64,000 bases of DNA from an uncultured delta proteobacterium (GTDB lineage: Bacteria > Myxococcota_A > UBA9160 > SZUA-336). Below the pieces are notes generated by a model that worked only from the letters and a program-made list of their open reading frames with translations, was not told the origin of the DNA and ran no database searches. Position numbers and translations under genes: made by a program. The stretch is taken from positions 64,001 to 128,000 of the forward strand of contig CAVPHD010000011.1 of assembly GCA_963704165.1 (NCBI GenBank). The letters are read 5' to 3'. Of the stretch, positions 1 to 9,574 are shown one piece after another; the stretch's first letter is position 1, and each line of letters begins with the position of its first letter.

Positions 1-2425
1 ACGCCTCGGTCATGCGCGCACCCGTCCGCAGCACGGCTTCGAGCTCGCGCACGGCGTCCTCGTGCAGACCCATTTCCTTGTAGGCGATCGCGAGGTCGTA
101 GTGCGTGTCGGAATCGCCCTCCTCGACCTGCTCCTCGATGCCCTTCTTGAACGCCGAGAAGACCTCCGCGAAGCCGCGCCCCACCGCGCCCAGACCGCTC
201 AGCGTCCCGATCGTCTGGCCGGTGGTGGAGTCGTCCTCGGCAAGCTCCGCCGCGAGGTCGAATTCGCCCTCCTCGTCGGCCGACTCGTGGGTCTCTTCGA
301 GCTCGGTCATCGCCTCGTCGGCGCGTTCGAGCTCGATCGGCGGCGAGGTGTCTTCGGCGAAGACGACTTCGTCGCGAGGCGCGGGCTCGAGCTCCTCGAG
401 GGGAGGAATCGTGTCCTCGCCCAATACGTCGAGCTCGGCCTCGATCGACTCGGCGAGCGCCGGTATCTCGAACTCGTCGGACGGCTCGTTCGCCTCCGGC
501 TGACAGACCATCGTCTCGCCGAGTACGTTGGCGGGGATCTCGACTTCGACGCCGGGCGCCTGACCGCGCGCCGCCGCAATCTCACCGAGGCGGAGCATCG
601 CCTTCGGATGGTGCGGCGCGAGCGCGAGCACCGACTCGTAGATCTTCTCCGCCTCGTCGACGAGCCCCTGCTCGAGGTAGAAGTCGGCCTCGGACAGGTT
701 CTCCGCGACACGCGCGGAAACGTCGGCGTGACTCGCACCTCGCTCCGATGCGATCGGTTTCGAGAACTCGAGCTCGGGCTCGGGCTCGGAGGGGAGTTCG
801 GGCGAAGATGTCGCTTCGATCTCGAAGTCGAAATCGAGACCGTCGTCCTCGGCGGGCGATGGCTTCAGCGGTTCCGGCAAGGGCGGCCTTGGCACCGGCG
901 CGAGCGGCGGTTGCGCGAGCGTGACCTCGACCGGCGGCCCGACCGAGGCGAAGTGCTCGTCGCGGTCCTCTTCGTCCTCGAGCACGATCTCGATGTCGGG
1001 AAGCGTGTCGAAGTCCTCGCCCGGCGCGAACGCCGCGATCTTCGACTCGGACTCCCCGATCTCGATCTCGGGCAGCGGCTCGGGATCGGCCGTGAGCTCG
1101 CCCGACGACACGAGCGAGTTGACTTCGAGCAGGTCCGAGAGAGCGGCCGAGTCATCGGACGAAACGAACTCGCCAGCCTGCGCGAGGACTTCCTGTGCGT
1201 CCGCCGAGCCGGGCTCGATCTCGAGCACGCGTCGCGCGATCCGCAACGCCTCTTCGTGATCGCCGAACTCCATCGAGACGCGGGCCTCGGCGATCAGGTC
1301 GGCAGCCTCCTGCGAGGCGGGCGCGGCCGCCGTTGGCGTCGCGGAGATCTTCGGCCGCGAGCGATCGGGTGGCGGCACGGCGCGGCCGGTCTCGACGAAG
1401 TCCGCAACGATGGGCGCCGCGGTCGCCGGCGGTCTCTTCCGTGCAACCAGCGGCACCGATTCCACGGGCTCGTCGAGCTCCAGCACGTCGTCCGCGGGTG
1501 AGCGCCCGGTGGAATCGGTGAGCAGCAGGCTCGGCGTGGTGTTGTCGTCGACGAGCGCGAGCTCGTCCGCGGTCACGTAGCGCTGCAGGATGTCGCGCGA
1601 TTTCTCGACGTCGCCACGCCGCTTGTACAGCTCCGCGATGTCGCGCCAGACGCGTCTCGCCGCGGTGTCGTCGCCGCTCGCCTCGTACGCGCTGACCAGC
1701 GACTCACGCAGCGCGATGTCGTCGGGGGACTTCGCGACCGCGGGCTCGAGCAGCTGCACCGCTTCGGCGTGCGCACCCGTCGCGAGCTTCGCGAAGATCA
1801 ATGCGCCGAGAGCGTCGGTGTTCTCGGGGAACGCGTGGAGCATCTGCTCCGCGACGCGAATCACCAGGTCGGCGCCGGACTGACGACGCACCTCTTCGAG
1901 CAGCGATGCGAACTCGCGCTGCGCGTCGTCGAGCATTCCCTCGCGCACGAAGAGCCCGGCGAGGTTCAGTCGGTTGGCGATGTTCGACGGGTCCAGCGAT
2001 GCCAGACGGCGCAGCAGATCGAAGGCCTCGCGCTTCAGCTCGCGCTTCTGGCAGAGCTTGAAGGCGTCCTGGAACTCGCGCAGCGCGTCGGACGTCAGGC
2101 CCATGCGCTGAAAGCACTCGCCGAGCCGGGTGCGCGCGTCGAGCGCATCCTCCTCGACGCGCAGGATCTGTTTGTAGATCGCGACCGCCTTCGCATCGAA
2201 GCCGGTGCGCGAGAACATGTCCGCGACTTCGGTGTACGTCGCGAGGGCCTTGGTCTTGTCCCCCTTCTTCAGGTGCAGGTCGCCGATCTTCAGCCGCAGG
2301 TTCGAATCCTTGGGATCCGCCTTCAGCAGCTTCTCGTACTCGAGCAAGGCTTTGTCGTACGACCCTTTCTGGGCGTACTTCTGGGCGGACTCGAGCGTCT
2401 TGCGCTTCTTTGGCGTGAAGGCCAG
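1..2425 (-). CDS. sgmX: Large TPR protein, SgmX-like type IV pilus activator (3' end runs off the window; probable CTG start)
   Basis: Translated by hand; absent from the ORF track. The N-terminus (L)AFTPKKRKTLESAQKYAQKGSYDKALLEYEKLLKADPKDSNLRLKIGDLHLKKG and the C-terminal DSDTHYDLAIAYKEMGLHEDAVRE are in the same frame and resemble Myxococcus SgmX TPR blocks, with an acidic linker between them. It lies downstream of the pil cluster as in M. xanthus. Confidence 0.8.
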   Translation of the reverse strand, partial: MAFTPKKRKTLESAQKYAQKGSYDKALLEYEKLLKADPKDSNLRLKIGDLHLKKGDKTKALATYTEVADMFSRTGFDAKAVAIYKQILRVEEDALDARTRLGECFQRMGLTSDALREFQDAFKLCQKRELKREAFDLLRRLASLDPSNIANRLNLAGLFVREGMLDDAQREFASLLEEVRRQSGADLVIRVAEQMLHAFPENTDALGALIFAKLATGAHAEAVQLLEPAVAKSPDDIALRESLVSAYEASGDDTAARRVWRDIAELYKRRGDVEKSRDILQRYVTADELALVDDNTTPSLLLTDSTGRSPADDVLELDEPVESVPLVARKRPPATAAPIVADFVETGRAVPPPDRSRPKISATPTAAAPASQEAADLIAEARVSMEFGDHEEALRIARRVLEIEPGSADAQEVLAQAGEFVSSDDSAALSDLLEVNSLVSSGELTADPEPLPEIEIGESESKIAAFAPGEDFDTLPDIEIVLEDEEDRDEHFASVGPPVEVTLAQPPLAPVPRPPLPEPLKPSPAEDDGLDFDFEIEATSSPELPSEPEPELEFSKPIASERGASHADVSARVAENLSEADFYLEQGLVDEAEKIYESVLALAPHHPKAMLRLGEIAAARGQAPGVEVEIPANVLGETMVCQPEANEPSDEFEIPALAESIEAELDVLGEDTIPPLEELEPAPRDEVVFAEDTSPPIELERADEAMTELEETHESADEEGEFDLAAELAEDDSTTGQTIGTLSGLGAVGRGFAEVFSAFKKGIEEQVEEGDSDTHYDLAIAYKEMGLHEDAVRELEAVLRTGARMTEA

Positions 2426-2428
2426 GGG

Positions 2429-2457
2429 TCGGTCCTCGCTTCGCTGGCGAGGACCGA
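2429..2457 (-). promoter_or_regulatory. Perfect 11-bp stem-loop covering the putative SD (GAGGA) of the sgmX-like gene
   Basis: tcggtcctcgc (2429-2439) and gcgaggaccga (2447-2457) are exact reverse complements with a 7-nt loop. Confidence 0.6.
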
Positions 2458-2476
2458 GCGACTCGGGGGATCCTCG

Positions 2477-3265
2477 CTACGCAACCCTATCGGCGGCTTC
2501 GGGGAATCTTCTTAGGGAAAGGGCCGGCGCACAGAGAGGATCCCGCACACGTTGCGACATGCGCGCCTCGGCGCGAACGCGCTCGGCTGGCGACAGCCCC
2601 GCCGGCTCGAGGCGCACACCGAGCGCGGCTTCGAAGCTCGAAACGATCGCCTCGCGAAGATCGTCGGCGTCGATTCCCGGCGCGGGAGCGGGGCCCGGCT
2701 CGAAGCCCGTGAGCGCACGGTAGAGCGCGGAATCGTCGGCGATGCGAATCGAGCCATGCTGGAGCAGACCGAACGGTGTCCTGCGCTGGGCGCTGCCGAT
2801 CAGCTTTCGCCCGTCGAGCTCGACCTCGAAGCCGGTTGCGCCCGCGAAGCAGAGCTCGAGCCGCGAGGCGCCCTCGCCCGCTCGCGCTTCGCCGGCGGCG
2901 AACCCCACCGCCCGCAGACCCTCGAGCAGCCGCGCGCGGATCCACGCGTAGCTGCCGGTCAGGTCGTCGGGAATTCCCGCGGTGCCGGACGGCGCGATCA
3001 CCGCATAGGTCAGGTCGGTGGCGTGCAGGACGGCGCCGCCTCCCGTGACGCGTCGGACGGCGTCGACGCCGAGGGATTCGCAGCGATCGAGCCACACGGG
3101 CGCGAGCTGGCGATACCCGAGCGAGAGCGCCGGCGCTCGCCAGGAATAGAAGCGCAGGCTCGGGCCCGAGTTCGGTGCCTCGAGCAGGAGCGCCTCGTCG
3201 ACCGACATGTTCCAGGCGGCCGCGCCGGGTCCGTCGTGCAGGACCCGGAATCGCGTCGTTCCCAC
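2477..3265 (-). CDS. Lipoate-protein ligase A / octanoyltransferase (LplA/LipM family)
   Basis: NMSVDEALL, LRFYSW..PALSLGY, RRVTGGGAVLH, KLIGSAQRR, LLQHGSI motifs. Confidence 0.9.
   Translation of the reverse strand: MGTTRFRVLHDGPGAAAWNMSVDEALLLEAPNSGPSLRFYSWRAPALSLGYRQLAPVWLDRCESLGVDAVRRVTGGGAVLHATDLTYAVIAPSGTAGIPDDLTGSYAWIRARLLEGLRAVGFAAGEARAGEGASRLELCFAGATGFEVELDGRKLIGSAQRRTPFGLLQHGSIRIADDSALYRALTGFEPGPAPAPGIDADDLREAIVSSFEAALGVRLEPAGLSPAERVRAEARMSQRVRDPLCAPALSLRRFPEAADRVA
2487..2514 (-). promoter_or_regulatory. sigma28-like promoter of sgmX
   Basis: Minus strand TAAG-N16-GCCGATAG. Confidence 0.65.
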
Positions 3266-3697
3266 CTAGATCAGCCGGTCGAGGAGCGCCTCGAGCGCGA
3301 GCTCGTAGCCCTTGGCGCCAAGCCCGGAGATCTGTCCCCACGCGATTCCGGCGACGAGCGAGCGCTGCCGGAAATCCTCGCGCGCGTGGATGTTGGAGAG
3401 GTGGACCTCGACCACCGGCAGGCCGCTCGATACGAGCGCATCCCGCAGGGCCACACTCGTGTGTGTCAGGCCTCCGGGGTTGATGATGATCCCCTCGTGC
3501 GTCCGACGGGCGGCCTGGATCCGGTCGAGCAACGCGCCCTCGTGATTCGACTGGAACGATTCCACGTCGACCGAGCGCTTCGCGCCCTGCTCGCGAAGGC
3601 GCGCGTCGATCTCGGCGAGGGTCGTGCGGCCGTAGACTTCGGGTTCGCGCTCGCCGAGCAGATTCAGATTCGGGCCGTGCAGGACCAGGATCTTCAT
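3266..3697 (-). CDS. aroQ: Type II 3-dehydroquinate dehydratase
   Basis: [38 protein letters not shown]. Confidence 0.97.
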   Translation of the reverse strand: MKILVLHGPNLNLLGEREPEVYGRTTLAEIDARLREQGAKRSVDVESFQSNHEGALLDRIQAARRTHEGIIINPGGLTHTSVALRDALVSSGLPVVEVHLSNIHAREDFRQRSLVAGIAWGQISGLGAKGYELALEALLDRLI

Positions 3698-3709
3698 GAG
3701 CCCAGCCTA

Positions 3710-4078
3710 CTACAGAGCCTCGCGGATCTCCTCCAGGAGCGTCCGCACCAGATACCGCGCCTTGCCGACCATCCCCGTCGCATCGAGCGCGAGCACGAGG
3801 AAGGTGTCTTCGTCGAGAAGGCGGAAGAAGACCTGATTGGCGCCGGTCACGAGCAGCATCTCCTCGAGCGCGCCGTCGCGCGAGCCGTTGAGGGCGCTGG
3901 CGACCTTCTGCGATTCCTGGAAGGTCCGGCCGAACTCGATCGCGATCGCCCCGAGATCCACGTCGGTCCCCGGGCGCGCGTATTCGTCGATCGCGACTCC
4001 ATCCCCCGCCATCACCGCGGCGGCGAGCGCGCCCGGAGTCTGATGGACGAGGGACTGAAGGATCTCGCGGAACGTCAT
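3710..4078 (-). CDS. mglC: Roadblock/LC7 protein, MglC-like
   Basis: MTFREILQSLVHQTPGALAAAVMAGDGVAID...GKARYLVR fits a roadblock domain; position downstream of pilQ matches Myxococcus mglC; ATGA overlap with the upstream gene and GGAGG SD. Confidence 0.75.
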   Translation of the reverse strand: MTFREILQSLVHQTPGALAAAVMAGDGVAIDEYARPGTDVDLGAIAIEFGRTFQESQKVASALNGSRDGALEEMLLVTGANQVFFRLLDEDTFLVLALDATGMVGKARYLVRTLLEEIREAL

Positions 4079-4584
4079 GCCCATGCGCCTCCCTGCTTGC
4101 GGCGAACGAGGTTCCCGAGCCAACGTTCCAGCTCGGCGACCACGCGCGCATTCCGACTCGAGTGCGATCGCGAAGGCGCGGGCGGCTTCTCGAGCGACGC
4201 GCGCACCGCGAGCGCGCGTGCATCGTCCGGGTATCGCCGCAGCACGTCGTCCGCGATCGCGAGTGCCTTTTCGGGGTGGCCCTGCTCCGCGAGAAGCCTC
4301 GCCACCGTCGGGGTCGCCAACGGCGCCGGCATGGCCTCGGAGACGAGCGCGTCCTGTGCGTCGAGGATCTGCGCGCGCGCCGCGGCGAGGCGCAGCGCGA
4401 GCTCCTCGGATCCGCCGGACTCGAGATCCTCGAGACAGGTCTCCACCAGCGCGAGCAGGCCCTCGTACAGCGGCGCCACCATGGCCGCACGTTCGACGCA
4501 CGCGACGGCGTCCGCGAACTCGCCGAGCCGCCAGTGGCCGCGCGCCAGCTCTACACGGAGTCGCGTCGCCTCGTCTGTGCTCAT
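4075..4584 (-). CDS. Small TPR-containing protein
   Basis: Helical TPR-like segments (LARGHWRLGEFADAV; TPTVARLLAEQGHPEKALAI); overlaps aroB and mglC. Confidence 0.7.
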   Translation of the reverse strand: MSTDEATRLRVELARGHWRLGEFADAVACVERAAMVAPLYEGLLALVETCLEDLESGGSEELALRLAAARAQILDAQDALVSEAMPAPLATPTVARLLAEQGHPEKALAIADDVLRRYPDDARALAVRASLEKPPAPSRSHSSRNARVVAELERWLGNLVRRKQGGAWA

Positions 4585-5657
4585 TCCGCTCCCGCCAGGA
4601 TCTCTTCCGGAGTCAGGCTCACCGGCTCCGCGCGGCCGATCTCGCGCAATGCCACGAACGTCACGCGCTCCCCCGTGAGCTTCTTATCGACCGCGATGGC
4701 GCGGAGATAAGCGCCGCGCTGCGCCGCCAGGTCGGGGACCGTGGTCGGCAACCCCGCGCGTTCGAGCAGCGCGACGAGGCGTGCGGAGACCCCGTCGGGA
4801 GCGAGTCCGCGCCGCTCGGAGAGACGTGCCGAGAACGCCATGCCGATACCGATCGCCTCGCCGTGGCGAATGCGATGCAGACCGCTCGCCAGCTCGACCG
4901 CGTGCCCGAGCGTGTGGCCGAAGTTGAGCAGCACGCGAAGTCCCGCCTCGCGCTCATCGCGTCCGACCACCTCCGCCTTGATCGCGCACGCGCGAGAGAT
5001 CGCCGCGCTGAGCGCCTCGCGCTCGAGATTCAGCATCGCGTCGAGGTTCTCCTCGAGCCACTTGAAGAAGTCCGCATCCCAGATCGCGGCCGCCTTGATC
5101 ACCTCCGCGAGCCCGGCGCGGCGCTCGCGCGGAGGGAGCGTGGCGAGCACGTCGGGATCGACCCACACGAGCCGGGGTTGGTAGAAGGTCCCGATCAGGT
5201 TCTTGCCCCGCTTGTGATTCAGCGCGGTCTTTCCGCCGACGCTGGCATCGACCTGCGCGAGCAGCGTCGTCGGCACCTGCACGAGAGGAAGGCCGCGCAG
5301 GAACGTCGACGCGACGAAGCCCGCCAGGTCGCAGGTCGCCCCGCCGCCGAGCGCGACGAGAACCGTGTCTCGCGTCGCGCGAAGCTCGAGGAGCTGATCC
5401 CAGGCGCGGCCCGCGACGCGCAGCGTCTTCGCACGCTCGCCGTCGGGCACGATCAGCCGGTCGAGCGTGACGTGCGCGCGCGCCATTCCGGTCGCCAGCG
5501 CGCCGTAGTGCAGCTCGGCGACACGCGGGCTGGTGACGGCGATCGCGCGCGTCGCGCCGAGCTCGCCGACGAGGGCCTCTCCCAGGTCCCCGAGCGAGCC
5601 GGGTCGGATCCGGATCGGATAGCTGCGCTCGCCGAGCAGGACCTGCACCGTGCTCAC
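4581..5657 (-). CDS. aroB: 3-dehydroquinate synthase
   Basis: ALGGGATCDLAGF, VPTTLLAQVDASVGGKT, LNFGHTLGHAVE. Confidence 0.97.
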   Translation of the reverse strand: MSTVQVLLGERSYPIRIRPGSLGDLGEALVGELGATRAIAVTSPRVAELHYGALATGMARAHVTLDRLIVPDGERAKTLRVAGRAWDQLLELRATRDTVLVALGGGATCDLAGFVASTFLRGLPLVQVPTTLLAQVDASVGGKTALNHKRGKNLIGTFYQPRLVWVDPDVLATLPPRERRAGLAEVIKAAAIWDADFFKWLEENLDAMLNLEREALSAAISRACAIKAEVVGRDEREAGLRVLLNFGHTLGHAVELASGLHRIRHGEAIGIGMAFSARLSERRGLAPDGVSARLVALLERAGLPTTVPDLAAQRGAYLRAIAVDKKLTGERVTFVALREIGRAEPVSLTPEEILAGAE

Positions 5658-6196
5658 GTCGCGGCTCCGGCGTCGAGCGCTTCGAGGACGGCCGCGCAGA
5701 CCTCCTCGACGCCGAGATCGTCGGTCTCGATCCGGATCTCCGCGCTGGCATAGGCCTCGAGCCGCGCGGCCCGAAGCGCCTCGAGCTTCGCGATTCGCGC
5801 GGAGCGGTCGAGGTTCGCGAGCAGAGGACGGTCGCTCGCCACGCCGATCCGATCGACGATCGTCTCCGGTCGCGCGTCGAGCCAGACCAGCCGGCCCTTC
5901 TCGCGCAGCACGCGCCGATTCTCGGCGCTCACCGCTGCGCCCCCGCCGAGCGCGACCACGCAGCTCCTCGACGGCAGGGCCTCGAGGACTTCGCGCTCGC
6001 GCGCGCGGAAGCCGGTCTCACCCTCGCGGGCGAAGATCTCCGAGATCTTCATGAGCGCGGCCCTCTCCACCTCGGTGTCGGTGTCGACGAAACGCCACGC
6101 GAGCACCTTCGCCAATGCGCGACCGATACGGCTCTTTCCCGCGCCCATCGGGCCGGTCAAGAGCACGCATCGGTTGCGATCGACGCTCCCCACCAT
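5654..6196 (-). CDS. aroK: Shikimate kinase
   Basis: LTGPMGAGKS P-loop, FVDTD, GETGFRARE, RPLL; start ATG 6196 (alternative 6211). Confidence 0.95.
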   Translation of the reverse strand: MVGSVDRNRCVLLTGPMGAGKSRIGRALAKVLAWRFVDTDTEVERAALMKISEIFAREGETGFRAREREVLEALPSRSCVVALGGGAAVSAENRRVLREKGRLVWLDARPETIVDRIGVASDRPLLANLDRSARIAKLEALRAARLEAYASAEIRIETDDLGVEEVCAAVLEALDAGAAT

Positions 6197-6220
6197 CCGG
6201 TCGGGGAGCATAGCACCGCG

Positions 6221-9064
6221 TCACTGCACGTCGGACTGGACGCCCTGCACGATGCGCGGAGTCACGAACACGAGCAGCTCCCGGCGCTCGTCCTTCACTT
6301 CGCTGTTGCGGAAGAAGGTGCCGATGCCCGGGATGTCGGCCAGGAACGGGACCTTCGTCGAGCCGTGGCCATTGTCCACCACGTAGATTCCGCCGAGCAC
6401 CATCGTCTCGCCGTCGCGGAGGATCGCCTCGGTCTTGGTCTCGTTCTTGTTGATGCCGACCACGTCACCCGTCGCCGTCGAGAGGTTCGGCGAGTTCTTG
6501 GACACGCCGAGCTTCATGATGATCGAGCGGTTGGCGGTGATGTGCGGCGTGACCTTGAGCTCGAGCACCGCGTCCACGAAGGACGTGTTGATCTTGTCCG
6601 AGGTCACCTCGGTGAACTTGATCGCGACGCCCTGCTTGATCACGGCCTGCTTGTTGTCGAGCGTCACGACGCGCGGCGACGAGATCACCTTGCCCTGACG
6701 ATTCTCCTCGCCCGCCTGCAGCTGCATGTCGAGCTGGAGCTTGTCGTCGAGTCCGAGGATGCCCAGGTTCAAGAGCCCCGTCGGGTTCCCGATCGGGTTG
6801 CCGGTGAGGAAGTTGTTCTGCTGCAGGCCGAGACCCGGCAGCAGGTTCGGCTGGATCGTACCCGCCGCATCGTTCGGCGAATCCCAGCCCACACCCCAGA
6901 GCACGCCCAGGCCGCGCGAGAAGTTGAGCGTCGCTTCGACGATCTTCGCCTCGATCAACACCTGCGGGGTCTGGGTGTCGACGGCCTTCACGAGCGCGGT
7001 CGCCTCGTGGATCACCGACGGGATGTCCTTGATGATGAGCGTGTTGGTCCGGTCATCGACGTTCACCGAGCCGCGGCTCGAGAGCAGGCGCTTGACCAGC
7101 TTCCCGAGATCCGAGGCCTTCGCGAAGTTCACCGGCTGCAGCTTGACGACCAGATCCTCGAGCTTCTCACGCGATCGGCGATCCTGAAGGCGTGCCTCGC
7201 TCTCCATCTTGAGCGTCTCGACGGGCGCGATTCGCAGGATGTTGCCGATGCGCACGAAGCCGAGTCCCTTCGTCAGAAGGATGACGTCCAGCGCCTGGTC
7301 CCAGGGCACGTCGACCAGCCGGATCGTCACCTTGCCGCTGACTTCCTGGCCGGCGATCACGTTCAGGTCGGAGACCTCCGCGATCAGGCGCAGGATGTTC
7401 GCGATGTCGGCGTCCTTGAAGTCGAGCGAGACGCGCCGACCCTGGTAGGACTTCTCCTCGTCGAAGCCGCCCTCCGCGAGGAGGTCGATCGATGCCGGAT
7501 CGGCCGGGCCATCGAGGAACGGATCGTAGGCGACCTGCTGTCCCGTCGCGGTCTTGATTCCCGCCGGCGCCGCAGGAGCCTCGGTCGGATTCGCGCGCTC
7601 GGGCTGGGGTTCCGGAGACGTCGTTGCGACCGGCTCATCCGGAGCCGTCGGCAGATCGGCGTCGGTCGAGACCGTGCTCGGGTCGGTCATCGTCGGAGGC
7701 ACTTCGGCGGCGGCCGTCGCGCCCGCGGTGTTCATCGGAGCCGACGTCGAAGCCGCCGGTCCGCCCGGGCGCGCCATCTCGATCCGCAGCTGCGCCCCGT
7801 CCCAGGTCAGCGTCGCGGGGTCGGAGACGTTGCGCTTGAGGACGACGCGAACCTCGGGGCTCGGGACGTCGGGCGTGTTGAAGACCGAGAAGAGCTCGAT
7901 CGGACCGCCGAACTCCTTCGTATCGACGCGCCGTTCGGTCGCCGGATCGATCGTCGCATCCTTGAGCATGACGATCAGGGTCGAGTCATCCGGAGCGAAC
8001 TGCGAAGCCTTGACCTTTCGACCCAGCGTCAGGACGACGCGGTCGTGGGTCGGCAGTGACTCGAAGTGAACCGACTGCACGGCCGGATCGCCGCTCGGAA
8101 CGGGCTCGGAAGCCGCTGCCGCTTCGGGCGTCACGACGGGCTCCTCGGCGGCGGGCGCCGCGGGAACTCTGCTCGCCGTCTCCGCCGGCTTGGCCGCGGT
8201 GGTGCTCTCGGTCGGCTGCAGCTCGACGCGCAGGCCCATCGCGGTCGGAACGACCGTCGGCTTGCCCGTCGCAGCGCGCAGATCGAGCACGACTCGCACC
8301 TTGTCCGGATGCTCGCCGATCCTCGCCTGCGAGACGACGCCTTCCGCGAAGCTCTGCTTCGCGACCTTCATCGCGCTCTTCGCACCGAAGAGATCGATCA
8401 CGATCCGGTCGGGGTTCTGGAGCTGGAAGCTGTCCACGTTGTCGATCGGACCCGTGGCTCCGATCTCGACGCCGTCCGCGACGGCGGCGATGGTCTCGAC
8501 CTTCGGCGCCGTCGACTCGGCTGCAGCCGGTGTCGGCGCGGTCGTCGCCGCGGCCGCGGCCGGCTCGGGCGTCGGTTCAGGCGCGACCTCGGGCGGACCG
8601 GGCTGGCTCGGCGCCGGCTCGTTCGCGGCCACGGCGGTCGCGCGCAGCTCGACGACGATCTCGTCTCCCTGTGGCTTGACCTCGTAATCGGAAGCGGTCG
8701 TGAGCGCGATCGACACGCGGGCCATGCCGCGACCCGCCTTCGCGTCGCCGAACGCTCCCAGCGTCACGTCCTCCACCAGTCCGTTCTTCACGCTGATCGG
8801 CGTGGTCACGCCGTCGAACGCGACGTCCGGAAGCTCCAGGATCAGACGTGGCGGATCTTCGCGCATGAATGCGGTGTAGATCGCGTCCTTGGCTCCGCGC
8901 AGCACGATCCGCGTCAGGCCATCCTCGCCCTGTACCTCGACCGCAGAGATCGTCTTCGTCTCACCGGCCAGCGCGTGCGCTCCCGGAAGAAGCACGATCC
9001 ATGCGACCGCAGCAATGATTCGAAGCGTCCGCATTGTGAGTGACACCCCCTGCCGAGTCATCAT
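6221..9064 (-). CDS. pilQ: Type IV pilus secretin with N-terminal AMIN-like domains
   Basis: Signal peptide; AMIN-like segments (NPDRIVIDL, KVRVVLDL); YQGRRVSLDFKDADI, VPWDQALD, QVLIEAKIVE, ELLVFVTPRI. True start at MMTRQ, overlapping the pilP stop. Confidence 0.95.
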   Translation of the reverse strand: MMTRQGVSLTMRTLRIIAAVAWIVLLPGAHALAGETKTISAVEVQGEDGLTRIVLRGAKDAIYTAFMREDPPRLILELPDVAFDGVTTPISVKNGLVEDVTLGAFGDAKAGRGMARVSIALTTASDYEVKPQGDEIVVELRATAVAANEPAPSQPGPPEVAPEPTPEPAAAAATTAPTPAAAESTAPKVETIAAVADGVEIGATGPIDNVDSFQLQNPDRIVIDLFGAKSAMKVAKQSFAEGVVSQARIGEHPDKVRVVLDLRAATGKPTVVPTAMGLRVELQPTESTTAAKPAETASRVPAAPAAEEPVVTPEAAAASEPVPSGDPAVQSVHFESLPTHDRVVLTLGRKVKASQFAPDDSTLIVMLKDATIDPATERRVDTKEFGGPIELFSVFNTPDVPSPEVRVVLKRNVSDPATLTWDGAQLRIEMARPGGPAASTSAPMNTAGATAAAEVPPTMTDPSTVSTDADLPTAPDEPVATTSPEPQPERANPTEAPAAPAGIKTATGQQVAYDPFLDGPADPASIDLLAEGGFDEEKSYQGRRVSLDFKDADIANILRLIAEVSDLNVIAGQEVSGKVTIRLVDVPWDQALDVILLTKGLGFVRIGNILRIAPVETLKMESEARLQDRRSREKLEDLVVKLQPVNFAKASDLGKLVKRLLSSRGSVNVDDRTNTLIIKDIPSVIHEATALVKAVDTQTPQVLIEAKIVEATLNFSRGLGVLWGVGWDSPNDAAGTIQPNLLPGLGLQQNNFLTGNPIGNPTGLLNLGILGLDDKLQLDMQLQAGEENRQGKVISSPRVVTLDNKQAVIKQGVAIKFTEVTSDKINTSFVDAVLELKVTPHITANRSIIMKLGVSKNSPNLSTATGDVVGINKNETKTEAILRDGETMVLGGIYVVDNGHGSTKVPFLADIPGIGTFFRNSEVKDERRELLVFVTPRIVQGVQSDVQ

Positions 9065-9573
9065 CCCTTCCTTCCGTTTGCGTAGAGCTCGAGGTCGACT
9101 TCTTTGGTCGTCGCTCGGTCCAGGTGATCGAGATAGGTTTCTTTCACGACAACCTTGTTGTCCTCGATGCGCAGAATCCGACCCTTGTTCTTTCCAATCG
9201 GCGTTCCAGCTCGAACGATGTACCCCTTGCCCGTGGGATCCCGAACCAGCGCTCTCGGCTCTTCGAATCCCCAGATGATTCCCATGACGGCGAGCTGTGT
9301 GAGATCGAAGCGCTCGAGCGGCGAGGAGTTCCCCTCGGGATCGAAAGTGACCTGTCTGCGCACGTACGAGCGGAAGGGATCGACCTTGTCCGTCGGGTCG
9401 TAGTGGTATTCCGCCGTCACGACCGCCGGTTCCGCCGCCGCCCGCTTCGCGGCCTTCGGCACCGTCGGTTTGGCCGCGCTGCTGCTCGCGCTCTCGTCGT
9501 CCGAGCACGCGGTCGCGAAGGCGAGCCCCGCAACCAGTGCGCAGACCCATCGGAGCGTCCGAAGGCCGCTCAT
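9061..9573 (-). CDS. pilP: Type IV pilus lipoprotein PilP
   Basis: Lipobox (FATAC), YDPTDKVDPF, PLERFDLTQL, GKGYIVRAGTPIG. Confidence 0.93.
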   Translation of the reverse strand: MSGLRTLRWVCALVAGLAFATACSDDESASSSAAKPTVPKAAKRAAAEPAVVTAEYHYDPTDKVDPFRSYVRRQVTFDPEGNSSPLERFDLTQLAVMGIIWGFEEPRALVRDPTGKGYIVRAGTPIGKNKGRILRIEDNKVVVKETYLDHLDRATTKEVDLELYANGRKG

Positions 9574-9574
9574 G

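Noticed and set aside
2423..3265. Stop-codon readthrough fusing the lipoate ligase to SgmX (same frame, single TAG)
   Set aside because: A dedicated promoter motif and SD precede sgmX, there is no functional rationale, and a shared frame arises one time in three by chance.
62..8059. Long plus-strand ORFs (e.g. 62-1501, 2552-4678, 6365-8059) and similar Arg-rich ORFs elsewhere
   Set aside because: Antisense or alternate-frame shadows of real genes in high-GC DNA, with no recognisable motifs.
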